DNA from: Owenia fusiformis
Taxonomy: Eukaryota
Direction: 5' to 3'
Assembly: GCA_903813345.2 (NCBI GenBank)
Contig: CAIIXF020000001.1
Coordinates: 17,918,001-17,982,000, forward strand
DNA length: 64,000 bases
The notes under the pieces are model-generated. The model saw nothing but the letters and a program-made list of their open reading frames with translations, was not told where the DNA came from and ran no database searches. Shown in pieces: positions 28,401-43,379 of the stretch; the stretch's first letter is position 1, and the number at the start of each line of letters is the position of its first letter. The position numbers and the translations under genes are program-made.

Positions 28401-28732
28401 ATTTATGAATGTCTAAAGATATGTTTTATTTTCATAATATTTCAGCACATGTATTTGTAAAATAATAATTTTGGTTTCGTAGACACAGTCGTTGGTTTAG
28501 AGATTGCATTTTTTACTTATAACACAGTAGTGCAATATCAGCACATTGGACAGTCAAAGGTTGCATTTGTATGAAAATAAGGAAAAACACAAAAATCTTA
28601 AATTAATATGACGTTTCATGAACACAACTATGTTATATATAGTGGGCCTCCATAATCGTGTTAATTTGATCAAACTTAATGATTCAATAACAATAAAATC
28701 CAAATTTAGAATAAGTCAAATGAACAAACATA

Positions 28733-30074
28733 CGAGGGTTGTCCCAGAAGTAATGCACTATATGCTCTAACTTTCTTTAATATTCTTCAATTCAGCTGAA
28801 ATTTTGTGTATACAACAATTGAAGTTTTATCTATTATATCCTGAAGTTTCAGCATCCAAAATTAATATTAAGTCTTAAGATGGTTGCTATAACAACATGG
28901 GGGTAGGGTTGGGCGGGGCAGGTACCAATTGTTCTTATTATGAAAAGATCTAAAGTGTTATTTTATTAATATTTCTTTCCTTTAAATGATCAAAATGTTT
29001 GGGAAATTGTTAAATTTATTCAACATGATGTTAACCAAGTACAAATAATGACATTTAGCACTGTGATGTCATAATACCACATTTCAATAGTCACGAATTC
29101 AAATACAGTCGCAGTCAAGAAATTGCAAAACTGGCTGCAATTCTCACCTGATAACAGAAGGCCTTGCGTTTGGTGACCTAATTTCATACTTCACTTGGAC
29201 TCACAGCCATGCAAAACAATGCTACCATGAAGAAAGTAGATAGAATATCAGTTATCACACGTTTCAGCATGTGATACAGGAAATATTCCACGAAAGGTAA
29301 TACTGTATCATCCACGAAAGCGAAGCTTGAGTGGTGATACATTGTTACCCGAGTGGAATATTTCCTGTATCACATAAGCTGAAACGTGTGATGACGATTT
29401 TATCACATGTCTAGGAATCTTGAAGCATTTTGATTTGGTCAGTTATGATTGTGTTCAGTACCTGGTGTACTTCTGGTAACTATTATAATTTTTGATTTCG
29501 CTTTGAAACAATATGACGTCATACCGTTGTATTCGTACTTGTTTGTGAAATATTATGACGTCATATTGTTTTCCTTAGCTAGAAGTGATATAATCAGTGA
29601 CGTCACATCGCTGCTATTGATCATCACTGGTTGCCTCTAGTAACGTGTGAGACGGCCGTGTGAGACGGGAAAACTCACACGGTAATCAACCAATCAGATT
29701 ACTTGAATTTTACAGAGCATGTGATAATGTGCAATATACATTCATTAAATCTAGGATGTGCTCATAGCAATTTAGTATCTTAAAATGTATTTTTGAGCAT
29801 ACTTCTTATAGCTACACCAAATGGTATTTGTTGATTAATTATTTCATATTTTCAATTTTTCATTCCTTTTGACTTGACTGTAAAACCTGCCCCGCCCTAC
29901 CCAAACTCAACAACTTGATTTTATCATAACATCAATATAGTTTTATCAATCAACATGAAAATTTCTAGAATGATCAAAATGTCTTTAAGGAACATTTACT
30001 GAAAATTTCATGGAAAAATATTAATTATTGATGAAGTTAGAGCATATAGTGCATTACTTTTGGGACAACCCTCG
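28733..30074. mobile_element. Non-autonomous mariner-like element (TA TSD) carrying a nested insertion
   Basis: TA|cgagggttgtcccagaagtaatgcactatatgctctaactt ... aagttagagcatatagtgcattacttttgggacaaccctcg|TA. Inner arms also pair (gggcggggcaggt ~28910 / acctgccccgccc ~29885). Confidence 0.85.
29247..29727. mobile_element. Nested double-palindrome element (hairpin 29252-29394 plus inverted repeat 29400-29727)
   Basis: ttatcacacgtttcagc-atgtgatacaggaaatattccac...gtggaatatttcctgtatcacat-aagctgaaacgtgtgat, then ttatcacatg...catgtgataa. Confidence 0.7.
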
Positions 30075-33000
30075 TATATCTACCCAAAATAGGGGAGATT
30101 TTGTTTTAAAATTTAAATCAATCTATAAGCCAATATGGTTATCCTGTATTTTAAAGTTAGATATGTAGTGTACCTTTTCTAAAAGATTGCTACTGTATAG
30201 TCGGAATATAGTATTGCATCAAGTCCCTATCCACCCCCTCATTATTCGTGTCCTTGTATTTCATTTGAAACACATCACATTCTCCAAAAAGTGAATTGGG
30301 AGACTCAGTTAGTTAGAAAATAAGAGTACAACTGGTCATTAGAAAAGAACCTCAAAATCCCCCCAAAAGAGTGATCAAATATATAAGAGGCTCAAATGAT
30401 GTAGGTCAACCTATTGATAGAAAGTGTTATGATATTTTGAATGTGACTGGGAGAAATTAGGAAGATTACGTATTATTTACTGTACAGTATATAGGTTTCA
30501 ACTATATGGTTGGTCTTGTCAAAATGCACAAAGCATAAAATACGAAGTTTGGTTGGGAACTCTGAGGGTCTGCTATATACCTCATGATCTAGGTACTGTT
30601 TAAGTGGAAACTGGAAACCCCAATATATGGCATGTAACATGAAAAGTACCTGGGGAAAATAAATTTCCATTTTCAAGTTCCTTGTGTCACATATTTCTTT
30701 TTTCGTAAAGATAAACAATAGTTTATGCTTTTGTAAATTATAATATTTCACGAAAGGGTCAAGCACTGCAAAGTATGACAAAGAGTATTTAGGATGAATA
30801 TTAGTACGAGACAACTATCCTAAAACACTTTGGCACCCAGTCGAAATGTTGAGACATGCGCAGACCTCTATTTAGCGATATTTTCATTTCAAATATGGCG
30901 GCCAATCCGATGTCTGACGACCCTTACAAAGAATCTAGGCAGTGTGCATTTTTACTTCCTGTGAAATAACAAGCGGCATTTAGTAGTTGTTTTGTGTTTT
31001 ATTATCATTCTGCATCGTAATTCTATGTGATGTGGTGTTGAAATGTCAGCAGAAATACATATCCATACGATAATCGAGTGAATCAGATAACAGATTTTTC
31101 GGAAACCCGTCTCGTGCTAAGCGTGTAAAAACTTGTATTAACATGCTCAAAAGTGTCAATGTGCACATCAATGTCAAGCTAAATCAATGTTGTGTCGAAA
31201 ACAGGTACCTGATCTACTCAAAACAGCTTGTCATTCACGTATACACACTTAGCAAACACGGCGAAATGATCTGAATCTTGGAATTTCGTTCGAGAGCTAG
31301 TAATGTTTGCTCCGGTCTTTGTCATAAGTGTTTATCAGACTTCACGCATGCTCAGAAGAAAAACCATCAACCAATAACGTTTATAAATCAATTTTGCGCA
31401 TGCGCCTTACAACGGTAAAGAAATTCGTATTTATAAACGAACCAATTTGAGATAACCTGGTATCAGTCGGAGAAATCTGACGATCTACGAAACTCACTTC
31501 AAAAAATCAAATGCGGACTGACGGCGTATTCTACTATGTTTGGATCTAAGACTTTCAGTATAGATAAAGTCTTTTATGATCTTTCGAATGAGGTAAGTCT
31601 CTAGTTCGAAAGACAATCGTATCAACTTGAACAAAAGTTGAGTTTTGACGAAAGATTTTAACATGCGCAGAAGTCCCATTTTCGTTATACCATATTGACT
31701 GCACCTTCTAAAAATACCAAAGAACAGATCAAATAAAGCAATTAGAAAAATAATCTTAAGCATTTTAGGTTACAATAAACCAACATTCAGGAATATTTTA
31801 TTACAAATCTGTATTCTCCAAAAAAATATTTTTTGATTTCACCAACAAACTAATCTACTTTATTTTTAGTTATTAATGTGGAAATAAAACTAGATTTCAT
31901 CATTGTTTTACTTCAGAAGCTAAAATGTATCCAACCAAGATAAATAATATTTCAATTTAATTAACGTGCACATTCGTTTGCTTTTAGTTGCTTAGAGTAT
32001 GAGTAATAATGTATGTTTCTTATGGGTTTTGATACAATATCCTTGTTATCAACCAGCTCGAGCTCTATATTGGACACGGCAAAAGAATGAAGACCTGAAG
32101 AGAAACTACTTAAAGGAAGATTCCTTAGGTGCCTCCTTTTGGCACCTCAAACCACTTTTGTCAAAAATAGGTTTTTATGTGACCTTTATGTTAACCTTTC
32201 TTTTTATGGCCAGATTATGAGTTATCTAAGCCTAAAATATATAGAGTTTGGAATCAGTACCTTGGGCGTTTCCTAAAGGACTCAGTTTAATTTGGGCCTA
32301 TATCACCAGGACTGTTTAAAAAGGTGATTTTAGCCAATATGTTAAAAAGCATGTTGCCTATGGAGCCGTTTCTTAATAAGAGAAATATTTCAAGAACACA
32401 CTTTTGAGGCTTTTTATTCTTTCATTTTGAAATATGCCATGTTTTATCTTATGTCAGATATCTGTCCATTATAGTTATATTCTTGTTAATGTCTGGATTT
32501 TGTGAGGTAGTCAGTAGTAAAATGATATTGTATAACGTATATTAGCTAAAATGAAACACGACGGTAAAATTGCATTTTAAAATGTAAACTTATTTTATAT
32601 TGTCAAGATTAAAACATGAAAACAAAATCTAGGGCGGAAGACGTTTCCATGTTTTGACATTCTTTATCCTAATTTCTCAATCCTAAATATGTTTAGATTC
32701 GCACTTCTTGTCATACAATTTTATTCCAAATGTATTTTACTCTTTACCATTCCTTGAGTTGATCAATATTTCGATTCACGAAATTAAATGAATGCACAAT
32801 AATAATTGAATAATTGTATAATAATAGTATTAAAACCAATATAGATAGATATCAATCATATTTCAAATGAGACATGATATCCCTTATTTTTACTTTCCAT
32901 CGATTTTGTTTATTTAGTACGTCCACACGACATCATTTCCCACCACTTTAATTTGAAACTATAATGATAATTAATGTTTTAATTAAAATAAAGAATTACC

Positions 33001-34399
33001 TGTGACTACTATTTCAAATATCAATTATAAATGAGAATAGAGTTCTTTGAATAAAAGTATGTCTTATAGAAAGAGATAACAGCTTTATTATCGGGGTTAC
33101 AATTATTGTATTCATTATATCAACATCATTGAAGAAATCAATAGATTAACAAGAGAATTGATTTTAATCTTAGTTTGATTTTTGTTAAGTCTATGTTTTT
33201 TTTAAATACGCTTTAATGTGATTTCACGTGACATTTGACTAGCAATGTATAATACATTGGAATTTGTAAGGTTACCCCAAGATATGTTGCTATCGTAAAG
33301 TGCAAGAGGCACTGTTTGCTGGAAAACACGAAAGTCCACAAAAGTTGAAAGCTAGCGATAAGAAAACTTTAACATCCGAACTGAGGTCAATTCTTGGGCG
33401 AGTAAATAAAGTAGAGAAACATCCCGAACAACTCAAATGAATGGATGTCCATGATGAACGAATTGCCACACCTTCATTTGCTAAATTGCAAATAGCTTTT
33501 TCATTCCCACGGGGATGTGATATCTTTACTACAGTACCTCATCATCCCATCTTAGTTTACTTTGTACCAGACATGCTAAAATGGGAGATGCGCATTGCTT
33601 ACTGATGTGAGGCTGAGCTTCATTACGACATATGTCACAATACTATATCCCACTATTTATTCCAGAAGCGTTCCAACAAGCAATATTGCGTCTCTAAATC
33701 CCAATCTCCTTTGAAGTTAGAATGAAACATTTTTTCTAGATTTGCAGTGAGACATAAAATGAACATTATTAAAGAACTAGAAAGAGAATGCCAAGGGGTA
33801 GTAAAAGAAGCAAACTAACTAGAATGAAAACAAGTGGCCATAAAACTAGATGATAAGAGTCGACCTTTTTAGAATACAAATTCAGTTTCAAACAAAAAAT
33901 GTAAATTGGATAGAAGGCTATTCATAGAATGCACCGAGTGACCCTAGTTTCTCACCCGAAAAAACTCGGGCTATAGGGAGAAGCAGAATGATACCCTTGA
34001 TATTCGACAATGTTGCACTAATTGCATCTACCCATGCAGATAAACTCTTCGACTTTGTCTACAGGGACGGAAGAATAGGAAAGTGCTAAAATATAGGTCA
34101 GCGAGGTTTCAGTTCTAGCAAAGTAATCGGAGTTAATTGTTGATGTGGCATCTGATTTAGTGTAGCCTCATCAGTCAAAGAAACAAATATATAAGAATTG
34201 CAAACCATAGTTCTAGACATTTGTTGTTGCTCACTGCGATATATTGTAATAAAGACCCTCTAAATTATATTTCGCAACTCAACTATGCTTCCATGATGGA
34301 GTGTGTGCATGAAGCAATATATTTCAAATTTCTATCCAATGTCGACCAAAGTATTGTCTAGTTAAATATAGAGAGCAACATTTGGCACCTTTATATTAT

Positions 34400-34930
34400 C
34401 TTCTTCTGATACAAAATACTTTTCATATGAAAAGTAAAGTATTACCATACTTTTCATCTTTCTCTTCTGATACAAAAATACTTTTCATATGAAAAGTAAA
34501 GTATGACCTTACTTTTCATCTTTTGTGATACAAAAATACTTTTCCTATGATAAGTAAAGTATTACCTTGTACTTTTCATATTTCCTGATACAAAATACTT
34601 CCCATATTAAGATTTAAGTATCACCATACTTTTCATATTTTTTCTGATGCAAAATACTTTTCATAAGAAACTAAATGTATTACCATACTTTTCATATTTT
34701 CTGATACAAAATACTTTTATATAAAATGTACCATTCTTTTCATATTTTTTGGAAACAAACTACCTTTCATATGAAAAGTAAAGTATTGCAATACTTTTCA
34801 TCTTTTTGATTCAAAATACTTAAGTACATATGAAAGTCAAAATATTAAGCTAGTTTTTCATATTTTTTTTAGTTTATTTGAAACTTAACGTATTTCCATA
34901 AGTTTTATCATACTTCATTTTAAAAGTAAA
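34400..34930. repeat. AT-rich minisatellite, ~55-62-bp unit, about 8-9 copies
   Basis: Repeated tctgatacaaaatacttttcatatgaaaagtaaagtattaccatacttttcat. The unit contains the 20-bp palindrome TACTTTTCATATGAAAAGTA. Confidence 0.9.
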
Positions 34931-36719
34931 AGAATATAATGTAAACTCTTTTGCATGCATTTTCTCACCATTGTATATCTCAGATTCGAGTTTTGAATAT
35001 TTGGCACGTTATTTTTGTTTCATAGTGACATATATTCCTACTAATTTCATCTTAAAATCATCATCAAAATGTTCTGTTGATCATTACATATTTCAATTGT
35101 ATTTTGCACTTATATCTGAGTACCTTCAATTTAATCAGTGGCTAGCCGACCATAGAGCTAACAGGCCTTTATCAAGTTCTTGGCTATTTTCTAAAAGCTT
35201 TTTAAATTAAACTGATTATATTCTTAACGAAAATGAAAGCCAAATGGTATGATAACATGAAGTAGCAAACCACTTTATCCTTCCATGTAGAATCCAGCAG
35301 ATAACTACCCCCATTAAAAATATTAATTTGATGAATATTTAATCATTTTATGCATTGTACGAAATAAAATGAGCATTATTTGGACATCATTTTACTTTCA
35401 TGCCCTACAATTGCCTATAAAGTAAATATATCACCACGTTGAACCGCTTGATTCGTTTAAGGATATTGGCCCTATACCACTTTAGAGGAATATTTTCATT
35501 AGTTTTATTCTTTTATATTAAGTGTTATGCGTTTGGTAATAGATAGTTCTTTCTTAAGGGGATGTGGACTTCATAATTCTGTAGCACAACCAGGGGTAGT
35601 TTTTGCCATGGGTCATCTTTCTATTCAAGTAAGGAAATACTCTTATTCAACTAAATAGGTTCTAATGATGGTCAATCGGTAATATTTACGGTATGTATAT
35701 CTTTCCATTTAAGACATATAACTATAGGTGATAATAGTAGTCATGGGGAAATCTGTTATTCGTAGAAATATACATATGTAACTTCTAAAAAGTACAATTA
35801 TAACCACAATATCTTTAATAAGGGGCAACGATTACTAAAGACGAATGAAAACAAATCGACACATTTCACATCAAGCATACTCTCTAAAACATATACATGT
35901 AAAGAATCTTAACATTATGTCATAATAGTGGCTTGAGTTGTTATTTGTGTCAATAAATTAGAAACGGGTGGTCGTCTCATTAATTTAAAGTTCTAATGAA
36001 TTTGGATATTTTCGCATCTTAAATCATCACTACCTCACAAATTGGATCAGATGTCTTAGTTCCTTTTGGATAATACATTAAAACAGGATGAAAGTGAGGA
36101 AACATTAGCATGCTTCTTAAGTAATTTACTTATTTATTTTTCTTTTAAATGATGCTGGTGAAACAATATTCCAATGGTCACACCATCAAACCACCACACC
36201 TGGATGAATACATCCATTATAAAATACTAGATTGAAAGTCTTTCATTTAAACTACACGTCGTTCTTCAAGGGTTGGCTCCGTAATAATTGATACTCAATT
36301 TTACGTTACAGATTCGGTTTCTTACAAAGTAAAGTGTGAAAAAACGTGTATATTAAATATTTTTCCAAATGTTAAGTGTAACATATGCAACCTTTAGTAA
36401 ACTTAATATATCATAAAATCCACAAGGGAAATATAAAGTGGGATAAAGTAATACTCGAATTGGGCCCTGTCATGCCGTATCAATGAAAAGGGCAACAGTT
36501 TTACTAAAATAGACAAAACTACAGGATGATCAATAAGTTATCAGAATTACTTTTTTTACTAAATCTTAGACAAACCAGTTTAATGCTGTAGAAAGCAACA
36601 CACATTTTGATTCTCGCGTGAGCCAGCTGATGTGACCTATTTTTGATGCTATGAGTATAAGTTTTCAATTTCAATTTATTTTTAAACATGTTATTATGAT
36701 GTCTATTTTTGTTGTGGTA

Positions 36720-36900
36720 TCGGATTGTGATCATGGAATTTGAATGGTGGGGAGGAGGTATAAGGCATTGGTTCTTTTCACGTAAGACTAAAGCTTAGGA
36801 TAGTTGGGGTTTGTTTTCCTTATGACAGGGGTACTCTTGGGTGTTTTCTTTTTCTTGCTCTAATGATGTTTTGTCTTTGGCCTATGGCACTTGTACATAT
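36720..36900 (+). repeat. Dispersed repeat fragment, second copy at ~39390-39575, weaker match near 13500
   Basis: ggattgtgat...ttgaatggtgggg...cattg.ttcttttcacgt...ggcacttgt shared between the two loci. Confidence 0.55.
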
Positions 36901-39900
36901 ATACATGTGTACATTCTAAATGTGTTTCATAATGAAGTTTTGTGATGAATGTCAGAATCGGTATAACCATTGCAAACAGCACAATATTTGTTTACCCGGG
37001 ACAGAAAAATAGTGATCAATTTAGTGATCACCCTGTATTGATATTTTACCAAACAGTTAAGTGGTGTCAGATAATTCTCTAAAATCATTTGTAAAATATT
37101 GGAATTGTCAAGAAAAACAATATCATAAATGTGTGTAATCAGGTATAATGGATATTCCTTTTCAATAATCTGGTTCCAAACCCACCGTTAGCACGCACAT
37201 TCGCATTTACATATCCATTTGATGATTGCATTTCACTCGGTCTCAAAATTACCTTACTATACAATTATTTACTTGAACCTCTGATAAAAACCAACCCTGC
37301 AAACATTTTGAGGTGAAGCGCATAAAAAAGGAAATAAACTCAATGAGAAATACTCAAAAAGCACGTAAGTTGATTTTCCTGCATGATTATACCATTGTGA
37401 TGATTATGTCAAAATAATTAATGTTAAATATTGATTAAAACGTCACTTGTAGCTAGTTCTTTACAGTTCCACGGGTCTATTTCTGAGTAATTGTCTTGAG
37501 TAATATGTACATGTAGATAGAGTTATTGGACCATGTCAAAAATTGTCTGGCCATGGTAGCACTTTGCATCTATAAATGTCATCAGAACTAATTAATATAT
37601 ATTGTCATGTTTGGCATTTAGTGGCAGTGTCTATTGTCCTTAGATCTTGCAAGATTGGATAAGATATTTATAGTAATGACATGTCACCGTTAGACAATGT
37701 ATTAATTCAGCCCATATACGACATCAGCGCAATATTTCATATGTAGTATATCATCTATGCACTGGGATCAAAGACTATGAGGCAGTATATATTTTAAGCT
37801 TGCTTATAAACATACAAATAGACCAAGTAAAATGGGCCAAATGAACGGGAAGACCACTCAGACACAAGTATGGATTTGGTTTTAGGCAGAGGACACTTTC
37901 TTCTTCAGGGGATATTATATGGTATGGACCATTTTCGGTATATATCAATGGAATTTTCAAGGGTCGTGTCTTTTCCAAAATATACATGGATGTAGCACAA
38001 TCTAAAACTCTGATTCTATCTTCGACTAGAACTAATAAAAGTAAAACCAAACACTGATGCTATTATTCGTAATGAAAATGATCTGTCTTCGTGCTGACTG
38101 CAAATGAAAAACGAGAAATGCATTAATATAATCGGTATTGATGGTTGTATTGAATTGAAGTGAATTGTCACCTGTGGTATGCATCTAAGCCATTCAATTA
38201 CTTTTGCGTATACAGGTACAGTAGTTGGGTGCATTCCATGTTTCCTGACAGAAAATAGGAAAACTGCCTCTCAATAAAAAGTTTGATTCTGCTTCTTTAA
38301 AAGAGAACTTCATCTACATCCGATATATATAATTTCAATTCCATGTTATTTTATGAACATCTAAGGCATTTTTTGTACCTGTTTTGTTTGACGGGTGTTT
38401 GTTTTGGCATTGCAAAGAAATGCATTCGTATTACTGCACTCGTCTGTAAAGTAAAAGGTATGTTCATTAGTGATCATTCATGGTGTTAAAACGTACTATA
38501 TTGGTATATACAGAGTAGTACAAAATAGTGTACGCATTTTCATTATAGTATTAATTATTCAAACTGCACGACCCATCTATTAGTTTATATTCACCTTTCA
38601 ATATTTTAGCCAGAATAAATCTGTTGAACATATTCCGTTTAGTGTCAACAATTACGTATGTGATTGGATTTCAGTTATGTCAACCAAATGATTGAATCTT
38701 ATTTATTGCAAAATGTATGCCTGCTGCAGATAAATTATATTTTGAGAAAAACTAGGCATAAACGAAAGGTATTCAGTAACTGCCAATGGACAAAAATTGA
38801 TATTAATTGATATGATATTGATACAATCTTTCAGGAATAGTTTGGAGGGGATGCTAAACATTCTTTCGTTGAGTGTCATATCCAAATTTTGCCTTTGTTT
38901 TCCATATGATGGGTTTCTCTTAAATTACCTTTTGAGCACTGTGTTCTGTAATGCTTTGTTTTCACCCTTTTCACTCTTATTTCTGTGTTTACCATACACA
39001 ACTTCCAATCGCGTATTGTACAGTTGTAAACAAATAGATCATGATCATGTATATTGTGAGAAAAATGAGTGATCACCCTGTACACCCTGTATAAGGCGCC
39101 ATTCATATTGGGGACTAAAGGGTTCTCTAACTGGTTAAAGGCACCTAGAAAGCAGAAATTCATAGGGAAAAAACTTATCCTGATATACCAACTAGAACAA
39201 AATATCTTTAAATGTTAATTTACATTATTTTAAGCTAGCAATTTTCTATCTTGTATGAGTACTTGTATCTACAACTATTTTTGAGGTTATGAGTATTGGC
39301 TGTCAATTGGCTATCAATTTCTAATTTTTTCTTCAACATGTATCGTAATGTCTTCAGTATGAATGAAATGTCCCTTGGTCTTCTGGTCTTGGATTGTGAT
39401 ATTGGTTCTTGAATGGTGGGGGAAAGGGGGTATTAGACATTGTTTCTTTTCACGTTAGATCATGGTTTTGGGCTATATGTTTTTTTTTTCTTGACTGGTA
39501 TGCACTTAGAGTTTGCTTTTTCTTGCTAAGTTCCATTACAACTTTTGGTCCTTTCCCTTTGGCACTTGTGCTTATATATTTAAGGATATATCACTATCTA
39601 CAGTGCATATCAGGAATACCATCTAGTTGTATGTCAATGGAGTTTTACATTAATATAATTGAAAATATTTGAAATCAAGAAATCAAATGACTTCTGTAAG
39701 TGTTTTCCATAGCGAATATAGGCCGATCAACACAAATGCTGCCATCTATTTGTTCGTGTATCTATCGTGCAGCTAGTAATTTCTATATATATTTATATAT
39801 ATATTAAATGGGAGAAAGCGGGACACAAATCCCAAGCTCTGAAACAGTTTTTTATGATTGCATGATTTACAGATAAACTGGAAATTTTTTTTTTCAGTAA

Positions 39901-40587
39901 GTCCAATTGGTGAATTTGTGGTTGCCAAATGTATGATAGAGGTAATGTCAATATCATAACTTGCAGATTTTAGAAGATAAACAGAAATATGATAATTGTA
40001 AACAAATGCTTTTTAGATTACACTTGGTGAAATCAATAAAATAATATATAAAAAGATGTTTTATTTTCGGATATTTGTGTAAAAAGGTGCGTAATAATAC
40101 AGTATTTCCATTCAGTATTGTAATTATTATATTATATTATGAAGGAAAAAAATATAATCAGCATAATATACTCTATTATATAGAGATTAATATAATATAA
40201 TTAGAAATAAGTGAGATCCAAATATGATGATTGCAGTTTATTTAGAATTTTTTTCTATTCTAAAAAATATTATTTTCTAGTATTTTCCAATCTAAACAAA
40301 ATATATCAAATTATATTGTATTATTTGGGTTCTTAAAATATTATACGCGATTATTCTCGCCCAACTTGATGTACAATCCATCTGGTTAATTACTTAACCA
40401 AACAAAACAAAGAATGCACAGCATGGCAGTTAATAGGATTAACCGTTCTACTGGCCTTCTCATCTCCATTACTTACAAATGTCACACATACATTTTATTT
40501 TGATTGTTCTATTTCTATTCGAAACATATTTACAAAATAAATATTTAGAAGAAATTAATAAATTTAATTTGATTTAAATTAATGTTA

Positions 40588-41800
40588 ACAATGGAGTAAA
40601 CATGTGAAGAAAAGTCATCAATTGAAAATCAAAAAATTAATTTTCCAATGAGTTAATCAATTCAATCCAAATTTTAACACAATGTTAATCATAGAAAGAG
40701 GGACACTTTAACATCAAATGAATATGAAAAACTTAATTTGATTATTATTTTTTTGTGGAAATTAGAAGAATGAGTTCTAGATATTAATCCATTAACTCTA
40801 ACAAACGGATTAGTTATCAGTGAACAAAACTCATTTCATAGAAATTGAAAAAACTTAGGGATTAAGGTATTACTTATATTGCTCTGACATTAATACATGT
40901 ATGTGAATGGTGAAAATCTGCATGATTTTGAAAGAATTGTTGGCCAAGGGGAGGGGATCGTTACTCGATAGGTACAGGCCTGTATAAAATGCGTAATGTA
41001 TTTAACAGAAAAATTGAGCAGTTCGGTGTCAAGACTATTTTTGTGGTTGGCAAAGTGAATACAGGTGGTTGATTGTGTCTCTGTAAGAGGGGGCCTTAAA
41101 TGTTGTTTGTTGTAAACTTCATGTGGCGGAGAAACAATGGAGTAAAATATGAGGAAACCCATTGATTAAAACTTAACTTTCCATTGAGTCAATCAATTAA
41201 ATCCAAATTTTAACACAATGTTAATCATAACATAAGGGGCATTATATAATCAAATAAATACGAAAAACGTAATTTTCAAATACTTTTTTTGTGGAACTTA
41301 GAACTGTTGGCTGTAGGAAATTAATCCATTGTCACTAACAAACGGATTAGTTATCAGTGTTAATCAAGCTCATATTAAAGAAATTGAGCAGTTCGGTGTC
41401 AAGACTATTTTTGTGGTTGGCAAAGTGAATACAGGTGGTTGATTGTGTCTCTGTAAGAGGGGGCCTTAAATGTTGTTTGTTGTAAACTTCATGTGGCGGA
41501 GAAACAATGGAGTAAAATATGAGGAAACCCATTGATTAAAACTTAACTTTCCATTGAGTCAATCAATTAAATCCAAATTTTAACACAATGTTAATCATAA
41601 CATAAGGGGCATTATATAATCAAATAAATACGAAAAACGTAATTTTCAAATACTTTTTTTGTGGAACTTAGAACTGTTGGCTGTAGGAAATTAATCCATT
41701 GTCACTAACAAACGGATTAGTTATCAGTGTTAATCAAGCTCATATTAAAGAAATGAAATAATTAGGGATTAACATTTTACTTATCATATTGCTCTGACAT
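40588..41800 (+). repeat. Large-unit (~540 bp) tandem repeat block including an apparently exact 370-bp duplication
   Basis: acaatggagtaaa...aaattttaacacaatgttaatcata...ttaatccatt...aacaaacggatta units. 41011-41380 is repeated at 41381-41750 (the ORF track gives the same peptide twice). Confidence 0.9.
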
Positions 41801-43379
41801 GCTGTATCACACTACTATACCTAACACCTAGAAATGCATAAGATACTTTGTTTGTCTAATTGAATTGTTTAATATATTTTTGAAAGTGCCTTACTAGCAT
41901 CTAATTTTCAACCGATAAACCATTCACAAGGAACAGACAAATAAAAACAAATACATAGTCATTACTAATAAGCCAAATGGGTTGCTCATGAACACCAAAT
42001 GCAAGGTATAGTAGTGTGTGTATGTCAATATGTTATTTACATCAGTTTGTTCTACCATGCACCAATTTGCTCAAAGCGTAATCATAATGCTTTGTCAGAT
42101 GAAACATTAGGAATAAATGTAAATTGTGCCCACTTCTTTTTTTCATTATCAAACAACTAAACATACCGAATCTCGCACCTTTTGAATATATACATTTGGA
42201 TATGGAAAACCAGTGTTTTCAGTAGGCTTGTCCAAAATTGCGTCCCTTGGACGTAATGATTTTCAAAAAATGCGTCTCCCTTCAAAAAACTGCGTCCCTT
42301 GAAAAAATGTTCCCGGGAATTCAAAAGTCACGTTTTTACACTGGATGAAATAAATTGATGAAATTTTGTACCACTGCTTTTGCTATTTATCGGTCTGAAT
42401 CAGCGTTCTTGCAAGTCTAGTATGTCATTGAATGATACAGATACCATCATAACTTATATTCTCCCATTTAAAACACCTTTTCCTTGCGAATTTCGAAACA
42501 ATTTGCTATTGATTTTGCTTTAGCATGTTTAGTTTAGGGGCAATCTGCGCGAGGTTCAACTTTTTAGTTCAGTTTCTTGCGCATATGCAGTCTCAAATAA
42601 TGATCACGTGATCACACTTGACCAATTGAAAATGGTTTGAATCAGGTCTTAAGCTACCGGCCAATCGTAGGACTCATACTGATTACTGCTCGGAAATCGA
42701 GTATTGTATAAATTTTTGTCCTATCACATGCCTCGTACTATTTCGATCAGAAATCAACTTCCGGGAAGGAAATTTCGAAAGAAAATTTTATTTCTTTTAG
42801 AAATAGAATTTTCTTCAATTATTTATTGGATTCTGACGAAATAAAGAGACTGAAGGTAAGATCTTTATCAAATCATTCATCCAAAGTTGATTGTATGAGT
42901 ATGGCTTGCACTGCGTCCACAAAACGCAATCACTTTTTATTTCCGGGTCCATGGATTTTTCATTACGTTTTTGCAATACTTGGACGGCGTTATTGAAATA
43001 GCAGGAAAACAAAGAAAGTTGTAATAAAAAGAAATGATCCAATTGTAGTAGAAACAGATGTATAACATCATGTTCTAATCTGTTGTTTATATCCCCCCTC
43101 CCGGGATATCCCCAGTTTATATCTCAGATATTATATGGATAATAGAAAACACACGAATTGTGAAATGTGAGAGAATACAAGTTCTTATTTTGTTTTAGCA
43201 TGGCTTAACACCACTTGTATCGGTTAACCTAATGGACGTTTCCTTATTTATTATCAGTGATTTGTCAGAAAAATCGGAGCAAAACATACAATATATTACA
43301 GGCTTGTAATAAGTTTTAGCCCAGGGGATCAATTTTCAAAACATACCAAGGGTTCACAATTGATAATAGGATTTTGAAA

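Noticed and set aside
30830-31780. Motif-rich segment (ATGGCGGC, GCGCATGCGC) resembling a housekeeping promoter; similar segments at ~9.3-9.5, 16.0-16.4, 42.2-43.0 and 46.2-46.8 kb
   Set aside because: No associated exons. Such motifs are common inside DNA-transposon remnants, and I could not define both termini.
33400-34260. Purine-rich stretch resembling decayed coding sequence
   Set aside because: The frames I translated are interrupted and I recognised no motif.
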